NCBI GenBank assembly: GCA_049299895.1
Contig: JBAQYF010000019.1
Location: 71,709 to 135,708, forward strand
Direction: 5' to 3'
DNA: 64,000 nucleotides
Origin: Candidatus Altiarchaeia archaeon
GTDB lineage: Archaea > Altiarchaeota > Altiarchaeia > IMC4 > QMZM01
Shown here: positions 58,901 through 64,000 of the stretch, piece after piece
Position numbering within the stretch: position 1 is the first letter of the stretch
Layout: each line of letters begins with the position of its first letter
Notes under the pieces: generated by a model
Seen by the model: the letters and a program-made list of their open reading frames with translations, nothing else
What the model was told of the DNA's origin: nothing
Database searches by the model: none
Position numbers and translations under genes: made by a program

Positions 58901-61900
58901 GAGTCATTAAAAACACCGTCAAATGCAGGGGAATAAGGAACGGAAATAAAATCATCCAAGCCGTCAAAAACATATGCTCCTCCAAATTTACCTGAAGAAA
59001 CAAACAGGGGGCATGAATTATCAGAGCAAGTACCATTGTTCCCATAACTGCTCCAGTCCCGGACAAACGTAGAATTCTCCCCTGCCTCATTATTGAACCT
59101 CCACCACCCGACAAGCGACCGGTTAAAATCAATGAACGCCGTCCCCGCGGGGGATGAGCCGTTCACCGACACGTTCACATACAACGAGTTCACGTTCGTC
59201 GACGCATTAGATAACAGCGTCGGCGAAGCAAAGCCGATAAGAGGATATATCGTATCAACAGCCAAAGTCCTCGCGCCTGTTTCGCTGATGTTTCCTGCCG
59301 AATCGTTCGCCCAGCCGTAATATATATACGTGCCGGACGACAGATTCGTCAGATTCGCATAGAACCTGTACTCGGATGTATTGTATTTTGAGAATTCTGA
59401 TTGATAATGGAGCCATATCTCCTGCGGGGAGAGGGAACGATTATAGATGCGGACTACGTCGATGGATCCGTTAAAAGGAAATCCGTCGCCTCTCTTGCCT
59501 ACATAAAGACTCTGATAAGATTTAGTCAGGCCATGTGCGAGAGTCTTGTTGTTTTCCAGCCGGCCATCGAGATAAACATCAGCTTCAAGAGTTGAATTCA
59601 CGTAGGTGAAGGCGACATGATGCCAGGACGTATCCACACTGGTCGATCCCGTGACGGCATCATCGTTAATACCATAGTTGATATATCCTTTCAAAACATC
59701 GTTTACCACGCAGAAACCGTATGAAGCAGTATATGCTTTATCGACCATGCAGTGAACCGTTCCTGTTGAAGACCTCTTGATCCACGCCTCAATGGTCAAG
59801 GCTTCCAGGATGTCCAGGCTGGACGCGTTCCCGCAGCTGGCATAGTCCAGCAGGCCGTTGAATGTATAAGCTCCGGAATACTTGCCATTGAGGGTATATA
59901 GCGGCCGCCCATAGGTCGTCCAACCGGAATTATGCGTGTCTCCGTACGCGGCTGACTTGTCTGAGAAACCGATCAGCATTCCGTTGTTTCCTGCCCCGGA
60001 GAGGTCTGATGCAAGGCTTCCTGATGCGTTGACAAAAGGGATATAAAGGACGAGACCGGTTTCGTTGCTGTAATTGCCCAAATACTGCTGGTACGCCTCT
60101 TCTCCGGAAACCGACCGGTTATATACTCGTACCTCGTCTACAGAGCCGTTAAATAACCTGTTAGGGGAGATAGCAGAATGAGTCCCAATGCTCAGGGGGA
60201 TCTCGTTTATTGAAGCATTGATCGTCTGAAGCGCGTCATCCTTCAGCGCGCCGTCTACGTACAGCATGACATGAGTCCCATTCCACGTGCCCAGAATATG
60301 ATACCAGCGATTGGTGCTATATACGTCGCCTGTATTTGTCGAAATCTGTCCGACGCTATTGGCTATGACAAACCAGAAATTACCGACAGAATCACTAGTA
60401 GAAGTCGTCGAAATAGTGTAACTGGAGTTCTTGAAAAAATCGTCAAATGATTTGCCCACCATGCTGGCCCCGTATTTGAATGCCCTCACATAGACCCATG
60501 CAGAGACCGTCCCTGTGGAAGACAAATGAAGGGACTCGCTATCCGAGACATTGACCCAGTCATTGCTTCCGTCAAACTTGAGGGCAGACCCTCTCACAGT
60601 ACAGTTATTCCCGTATGGAGAGACATCATTTGCGCCTGTGGAATTCTCCCCGATCGCAGAATTATTGTCGAAGTTTAACGCCAGCACAAGAGAATCATCG
60701 TATATCGAATAATTCGTCCCGTTCCAGTTGAATTTGAACGTATCAAGGTTCTGCTCGTCTATCGAGATATTCACCTGCGTCCAGTCTCTGTTGATAGTCG
60801 TCCCGTTCTCCCCGGTCGGGGACGAAAAATTCAGGAACGGCGCCGTCGTATCCGCCGCTGCAAAAGAAACCGTCAAATATCTTGGACTTGTCGCAGTGTA
60901 CGTATTCGTGTAGGCGGAATTACCTATCGTGTCATTGGCCCAGCCGTAGTAACTGTATGTGCCGTCAACAAGGCCTGTAACATTCGAGTAGAACTGCCAC
61001 TGCGTAGCGTCGTACTTTTTCAGGGTGGAAAGATAATGGACTTTTATTTCCTGAACGGATAGAGAGCGGTTGTATATTCTTACGTCGTCTATGCTCCCGT
61101 TGAAATACCTGGAACCGCAGCTATATCCTATTTTCAGGGAGTTGTTTGTTTCTTTCAGGGGGCCTAGGGCGGCAGTGCAGTTCTTGGTAAGCACCCCGTT
61201 AAGATAATGATAAACCTGGGTTCCGCTCCTCTGAACGACGAAATTCTGCCAAACCTCGCTCGTGAGCTGCGTTGAACTGTTACTTGCTTCATTGCAATAA
61301 CCGGTTACGCCGATAAGTAATGAAAAAGTGAACGCATTGGTAATGGCTCCATCCTGCTGGATGGTAAATCCTTCAAGATGGCAGTTATGCCTGTCCAAGA
61401 GGCCGGCATAAGTAGCTGATTGGTTTGCCCCGGGCTTAACCCACATTGAAATGGTCATGTCATTGACCGCAGAATCCAGACTGGCCGAATCGTTCACAGA
61501 GGCATAATCATCGAAGCCATTAAACCTCATCCCAAATCCCTCTTTACCGGGGTAAGTCCATAAAGGCCTGCCGTAAGTAGTCCATCCGCTTGCAGAGGTG
61601 TCGCCTGCTCCTGCGGTTGTGTTGGCATAGTTCGTGAGGTTCCCGTGGTTGTTCATTCCGGACTTGTCTGAGGCGTTCGTGCCGGAGGCGTCTGAGAACG
61701 GGAGGTATAGAACAAGTCCCGTATCGTTGCTGTAGACGCCTTTGTATTGTTCGACGATCTCCGCTGCTGTCAGTGCGCGATTGTAGATGCGCACGTCGTC
61801 GATGGAGCCGTTGTAGTATCCAACGTTCTCCTTGCTTTTTCCGATATACAGCGTCGATGCCCCGGTGGAAAGCGCGTGAGGAGCGGATATGTCAGGCGTG

Positions 61901-64000
61901 GTGTTGCCGTTGATATAAACATTCAGGATCGAACCATTGTATGTTACCGCCACATAATTCCACTCATTTCTTATTATCGTATTGGTATTCCCGGCAGTAT
62001 CATCGGCATAAGCCCCCCAGTAGAGCCCTTCGTCAGCCTCGGAATAGTCATAAAGCAGGTTGAACATCTGGCTTGTTGCCGTCGCCCCGAACGAAAACAT
62101 ATCCTGCCTTCCCTGCTTTCCGGAAGGCTTGAACCATAAAGTCACTGTCCTCGCCTGAGAGCCGGTGATGCCGACATTGCCAACCGTATCGATATAATCG
62201 TCCAAGCCGTCAAACTTCAGCGCAGAACCCCTTATGGTCCCGTTGTTCTTGTAGCTTGAATATTCATAAGACACATTTCCCGTGCCTTCATTCATCGGAA
62301 GAGCCAAAACCAGATCAGAGTAATTGCCGCTGTATACCGGCGTTGAATTGCCGGCGCTTCCAAAGAAAGTATAATTCGTGCCGTTCCAGTTGAAAATAAA
62401 AGTGTCCAGATTACTCCCATTTATCGAGATATTCACCTGCGACGAATTCACGTTAATGATCGAGCCGTTTCCTGCAGTCGGAGCAGAGAAATTAAGCGCC
62501 ATAGCGACAGAATCGATCGTAATATATCTTGTATCGGTCATTCCCGTCCCTGCTGCCGTGTCATTGACCCAGCCGTAGTAACTGTATGTGCCGTCAACAA
62601 GGCCTGTAACATTCGAGTAGAACTGCCACTGGGTCGAATTATACCTGGCAAGGCTTGAAGAGTATTGGAATCGTATTTCTTCTGTGGTAAGAGAACGGTT
62701 ATAGACGCGGACATCGTCGATAAGACCGTTATAGCAGGCGGTTTTTGCCAAATTGCATCCGACTGCATACTGAGTGGGAGCAATGTTTGTAACCATCGTC
62801 TTGTTGCCCACAGAAATCCCGTTCTCATACAGAGTGTACATTGAACCGTCGTAGGTTGTTGAAACAAACAGCCACTGGCCTTCGACCGGGATATTGCCAA
62901 CTAAAGCATCGCCATACTGGCTCACATAAAGGTTTTTATTCCCAGACAATAAGCCTATGTGGAATGAACTAGAAAAAGAATCAACTCCATCATTATACAT
63001 TATATGATAGGAGTCTGTTGTTATGACCCCCGGCTTAGTCCAAAAACTGACTGTGCGAGACTGGTTCCCGCCCGGAAAAGCAGAATTATTTCCAGAGACA
63101 TAATCGTCATAACCGTTGAAACTAGCACCGTAAGAGTACTTCCCCCGGTTAGTCCACATGGGACGGCCGTACGTAGTCCAGCCTGAGCCGGAGTTGTCTC
63201 CTGCGCCGGCAGAGGTGTCGGCAAAGCTTGTTAAGGTGCCGTGATTGTTTTGGCCCGACTTGTCTGAGGCGTTCGTTCCAGAAAGATCGGAGAATGGGAT
63301 GTACAGCACAAGCCCGGTATTGTTGCTGAATATCCCGTTATAATGTTCAGCTATCTCAGTTGCGCCAAGAGACCGGTTATAAATGCGAAACTCGTCGATG
63401 GTGCCGTTGAATGCTCTTCCGGCGCCATACCCCCTGCCGATCATGTAGTTTAATCCGGTATTCGGCGTAACGGGGGTAGTGCATGAATCGGTTATGTTGG
63501 GCACTCCGTTCAGGTATATAGTACATGCGCTGGAATTTTTGACGACCGTCAAGTATTGCCACAAATCTGAGCTAAGATGTAGTTTGTTCGACGTTGCAGG
63601 CACCCATGCGGTTCCGTTTCCATAGGCAAAGGAATAGTTATTTAGATTGGTTGAATCCTGCTGGAATACTATCCCCAGATAACTTCCACCGTGGTTTCCA
63701 AAAATGTCCGCATATTGAACCTGCGCAGAACCAGGCTTCACCCACAGTCCTATTGAGAAATTGTCCGTTAACAGAGGAAAGTACGTACCGGTATTAACAT
63801 AATCATCGCTCCCATCAAACTTCAACGCGGAACCCCTTGTAATCCCGCTGTTTCCATAGAAAGAATAATCATAAGACGTGTTTCCCGTTCCTTCATTCAT
63901 CGGAAGAGCCAAAACCAGATCAGAGTAATTGCCGCTATAAGTCGGACTTGCATTACCGGCAGACCCGAGGAACGTATAATTCGTCCCGTCCCAGTTGAAC
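52972..64000 (-). CDS. Giant surface protein, at least 3646 aa, built from Ig-like plus LamG (concanavalin-A-like lectin, Laminin_G_3) repeat units. The 5' end lies beyond the right edge of the window.
   Basis: At least 12 copies of the LamG_3 hallmark ...NGSIDEVR(I/V)YNR(A/S)LS..EI...Y. Repeated SDLVLALPMNEGTGN and DDSLVLALNFNNNSAIGENS modules. The listed start at 63912 is a TTG read as M. Translation continues in frame (...DLVLALPMNEG) to position 64000 with no stop, so the gene is partial. Sequon density is extreme. Confidence 0.8.
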   Translation of the reverse strand, partial: FNWDGTNYTFLGSAGNASPTYSGNYSDLVLALPMNEGTGNTSYDYSFYGNSGITRGSALKFDGSDDYVNTGTYFPLLTDNFSIGLWVKPGSAQVQYADIFGNHGGSYLGIVFQQDSTNLNNYSFAYGNGTAWVPATSNKLHLSSDLWQYLTVVKNSSACTIYLNGVPNITDSCTTPVTPNTGLNYMIGRGYGAGRAFNGTIDEFRIYNRSLGATEIAEHYNGIFSNNTGLVLYIPFSDLSGTNASDKSGQNNHGTLTSFADTSAGAGDNSGSGWTTYGRPMWTNRGKYSYGASFNGYDDYVSGNNSAFPGGNQSRTVSFWTKPGVITTDSYHIMYNDGVDSFSSSFHIGLLSGNKNLYVSQYGDALVGNIPVEGQWLFVSTTYDGSMYTLYENGISVGNKTMVTNIAPTQYAVGCNLAKTACYNGLIDDVRVYNRSLTTEEIRFQYSSSLARYNSTQWQFYSNVTGLVDGTYSYYGWVNDTAAGTGMTDTRYITIDSVAMALNFSAPTAGNGSIINVNSSQVNISINGSNLDTFIFNWNGTNYTFFGSAGNSTPVYSGNYSDLVLALPMNEGTGNVSYEYSSYKNNGTIRGSALKFDGLDDYIDTVGNVGITGSQARTVTLWFKPSGKQGRQDMFSFGATATSQMFNLLYDYSEADEGLYWGAYADDTAGNTNTIIRNEWNYVAVTYNGSILNVYINGNTTPDISAPHALSTGASTLYIGKSKENVGYYNGSIDDVRIYNRALTAAEIVEQYKGVYSNDTGLVLYLPFSDASGTNASDKSGMNNHGNLTNYANTTAGAGDTSASGWTTYGRPLWTYPGKEGFGMRFNGFDDYASVNDSASLDSAVNDMTISMWVKPGANQSATYAGLLDRHNCHLEGFTIQQDGAITNAFTFSLLIGVTGYCNEASNSSTQLTSEVWQNFVVQRSGTQVYHYLNGVLTKNCTAALGPLKETNNSLKIGYSCGSRYFNGSIDDVRIYNRSLSVQEIKVHYLSTLKKYDATQWQFYSNVTGLVDGTYSYYGWANDTIGNSAYTNTYTATSPRYLTVSFAAADTTAPFLNFSSPTGENGTTINRDWTQVNISIDEQNLDTFKFNWNGTNYSIYDDSLVLALNFDNNSAIGENSTGANDVSPYGNNCTVRGSALKFDGSNDWVNVSDSESLHLSSTGTVSAWVYVRAFKYGASMVGKSFDDFFKNSSYTISTTSTSDSVGNFWFVIANSVGQISTNTGDVYSTNRWYHILGTWNGTHVMLYVDGALKDDALQTINASINEIPLSIGTHSAISPNRLFNGSVDEVRVYNRSVSGEEAYQQYLGNYSNETGLVLYIPFVNASGSLASDLSGAGNNGMLIGFSDKSAAYGDTHNSGWTTYGRPLYTLNGKYSGAYTFNGLLDYASCGNASSLDILEALTIEAWIKRSSTGTVHCMVDKAYTASYGFCVVNDVLKGYINYGINDDAVTGSTSVDTSWHHVAFTYVNSTLEADVYLDGRLENNKTLAHGLTKSYQSLYVGKRGDGFPFNGSIDVVRIYNRSLSPQEIWLHYQSEFSKYNTSEYRFYANLTNLSSGTYIYYGWANDSAGNISETGARTLAVDTIYPLIGFASPTLLSNASTNVNSLYVNVSVNGSSPAGTAFIDFNRSLVGWWRFNNEAGENSTFVRDWSSYGNNGTCSDNSCPLFVSSGKFGGAYVFDGLDDFISVPYSPAFDGVFNDSDWSFSAWLNPRSAGDSTRNIFEGADHKPSIRMNNVSLFYVGAFINGTYTSICSFSPMPCNSWNYVTVTSNSTNISIYLNGTSVSSCAYKSFDWPASSFRIGGRSGEQFNGSIDEVRIWNRALSPEEINASYNAGLNRLYRNFTNLSDGYYNYTAYVQDAAGNVNFTSAYDVLVAGNAFDFSVNVSDLSYVPVSAGEFDNVSFNLTVHNNDVVNVSGLNLSFYVDSVLNSSVVVDIARNASHVIVFNWTASGGSHSFLWAVDSDGSFAESGESNNNVSLSVNVSWYACADLISPVNGGSVFRGNYTSSLPHEDVLGIVGNNLTVQGRVYLFYNSSVGVLANCSFYLNGSYLGMNATNSSGHCGLSFDKTVYAPGYYNLSVNYSDAGVNYSAAQGNSSIIFRLVRVRTDLDAINLRGNSRYMAGDAAVLNISVEDDFGWVDAANLTVKVKNTGMSCSVDGGEISVHTYPGDIERRGIGSYLSRTVLSSESDIHWCVYVSNYSENMSSSTHADLFVDPSTAFLNVTAYNSSLGVLDSSADVFDRNGYLLESKNFSLADSRISRYAALYDLYDINISSGIGSMVLRGVNLTLGNVSVGPQFASLEGGLPSDARNISTIVALDTTQFSMQNALITLPKSFRIDYIYHCTDWNYSSGVCGSWEKNSTGDYSYGENGTHFWFTVASFTAYAGGMGYNSNLTIWDDTDLESKYAGEQVLFYANYTNGTSGDPVNGTGIYCEYSENSSGSWSEAVNMSYNASSGVYEYNRSFASGGTYYYNISCVDHNTGYDNLSAADGFTIEADSTAPVLSFEDPTAGNGSTISVNWTRVNISIDEPNLDSFMFDWNGSNYSLYDDSLVLALNFNNNSAIGENSTLVLDVSGNGFVCDVSGGAVWNSSGRFGGAYQFLDSDDGVSCVVGINTSSSTFEFWLRDDDSSVDWGDYLNFDMDGSSRITFEYYNDSGVSMVMPVARVEGSYFDSPSIVLEEGFHHYAVVFSNVSGSRVSYRDGVLVGSYVDGWPGFMSAYVHIAQSDTKSMIDEVRVYDRALSAQEVWMHYQAEFAKYNSTTYRFYANLSNLSSGSYSYYGWANDSAGNSNYTNGYNASSPRYLTISLIEPDTMAPALNFSSPTAGNGSTITVNWTQVNISIEEQNLDSFKFNWNGTNYTFYDDSLVLALNFNNNSVLGDNSSYVVDSSGYGNNASCFLSSCPVWNASGRFGGAFKYNRSAVYFNVSHNPSVNFSNATAFTVEAWVYLVDVSGSAHLGIVSKGVSTGYFSLYYKRDSLQWRFLTYHGGVYLYAEKLDSSATNRWVHLTGVYNGSNTIRLYINGVLANSASGSIGDFSSAAPLEIGANKWTNWYWNGSIDEVRVYNRSLSAQEVWMHYQSEFMKYNSTQYRFYANLTNLSSGTYTYYGWANDTSGNSNYTNTYTAASPRYLTVSADTIAPALNFSFPTAGNGSTITVNSTQVNISITEQNLDFFKFNWNGSNYSIYDNSLVLDMNFNNNSAIGENSTFAVDVSRYGNNGTVLDAVWNSSGRFGSALSFDGDNDYVLFGNSSVLAPSDYLTVSAWVKFNMVSGTQFILSRGRNNWGSGYNVYSLNNKIWVSINLDDLNNSNEINIQSVSSVTTDVWYYVALTYNSSSGAQLYLNGVNETSSVLTGPIVYRAAQGDRFAVGVMSFAYPLYFDFNGSIDEVRLYNRTLSSREIWFQYRSEFQKYNSSTYLFYVNVTNLSSGTYSYYGWANDSAGNSNYTDSSNSRYLTIARSPPYVSLIAPANNSEWTESRTVNFTYNVSGGYDIVFCDLLLNDVVGQTNTLVTKNTDQYFNLFLPDGIYNWSVNCSDSEGHSGRSDDYNLSVSSDWLNPNITDVVDGPDPLGYGYNVSINASASSSFGISTVWIGITPPGGLETNYSMTNVSDLWQYNYTGTWKWGTYNYTIYVNDSANNINWTNGSFSVKANVSLTVATKKDSYGPNEIVNLTDPPAGV
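54400..63950. repeat. Large near-identical intragenic DNA repeats inside the giant LamG gene. Unit is about 0.95 kb in the middle and about 1.6 kb toward the 5' end, with about 80-100% identity between copies.
   Basis: The motif GAATTATTATTGAAATTCA...GTTCCCGGCGGTCGGG recurs at about 54410, 55378, 56320, 60658, 62345 and 63960. A 64-bp exact match CCCAGCCGTAGTAACTGTATGTGCCGTCAACAAGGCCTGTAACATTCGAGTAGAACTGCCACTG lies at 60940-61003 and 62569-62632. Confidence 0.75.

Noticed and set aside
54064-62139. Many + strand ORFs of 60-200 aa inside the giant gene (54064-54669, 55138-55521, 55951-56322, 61747-62139 and others)
   Set aside because: They are Ile/Arg/Asn-rich low-complexity translations of the antisense of an AT-skewed repeat-rich coding region. 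The minus-strand frame is open for about 11 kb with coherent domain repeats.
63912-63914. Start codon of the giant gene as given in the ORF track
   Set aside because: The codon is TTG read as M by the ORF caller. The frame stays open upstream to position 64000 and the translation (...DLVLALPMNEG) matches an internal repeat. The gene is therefore 5'-partial rather than starting here.
53900-63950. Possible CRISPR array, suggested by regular DNA repeats
   Set aside because: The repeats are 0.9-1.6 kb protein-coding units with about 80% identity, not 25-40 bp exact repeats with unique spacers. No cas genes are present.

Overview
This 64 kb window reads as archaeal chromosome. Markers are Orc1/Cdc6, a TrmB regulator, archaeosine tRNA-guanine transglycosylase, a DtxR-FeoA/FeoB pair, and surface proteins crowded with N-x-S/T sequons. 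Coding GC is about 50%, with a few sharply AT-rich intergenic islands.

In order along the window:
- 1-2119: a GH57 glucan hydrolase (runs off the left edge) and a glycogen-synthase-like glycosyltransferase.
- 2120-2900: a ~780 bp extremely AT-rich spacer upstream of orc1/cdc6, a candidate replication origin.
- 4763-11958: an MgtA-like P-type ATPase, a DsbA-like thioredoxin-fold protein, and DtxR-FeoA/FeoB.
- 11959-14407: a ~2.4 kb insertion carrying a frameshifted IS4/IS5-like transposase and an AAA+ ATPase. It is bracketed by a duplicated copy of the last ~28 codons of feoB.
- 14413-16568: a Na+/H+ antiporter, an internally deleted P-type ATPase pseudogene and a small Cys-rich protein.
- 16573-36236: three loci that each pair a signal-peptide, C-terminally anchored beta-sandwich surface protein (COG1361/CARDB-like) with a different exporter and a different small regulator.
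  - MFS + HlyD with MarR.
  - Two MMPL half-transporters with PadR.
  - MacB/FtsX-type ABC with TrmB.
- 20900-23760, between the first two of these: + strand cassette-like units (hicBA; abrB/relE; CPBP protease; small membrane protein), each followed by a copy of a ~70-90 bp repeat. This resembles an integron cassette array lacking an integrase.
- 36255-45564: housekeeping genes.
  - PhzF.
  - A radical-SAM SplB-like protein.
  - A GNAT protein.
  - A transglutaminase-like protein.
  - HAM1 ITPase.
  - An AIM24-like protein.
  - A phosphoribosyltransferase.
  - An inositol monophosphatase.
  - tgtA.
- 45832-64000: a surface island.
  - A Cys-repeat lipoprotein.
  - Three tandem phage-tail-collar (MdpB-like) proteins.
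  - A 680-aa secreted protein.
  - A Cys-rich protein with MopE-like metal motifs and a DUF1566-like C-terminus.
  - A LamG-repeat protein of more than 3646 aa whose 5' end lies beyond the window and whose DNA is full of near-identical internal repeats.

No rRNA genes, tRNA genes or CRISPR arrays were found.
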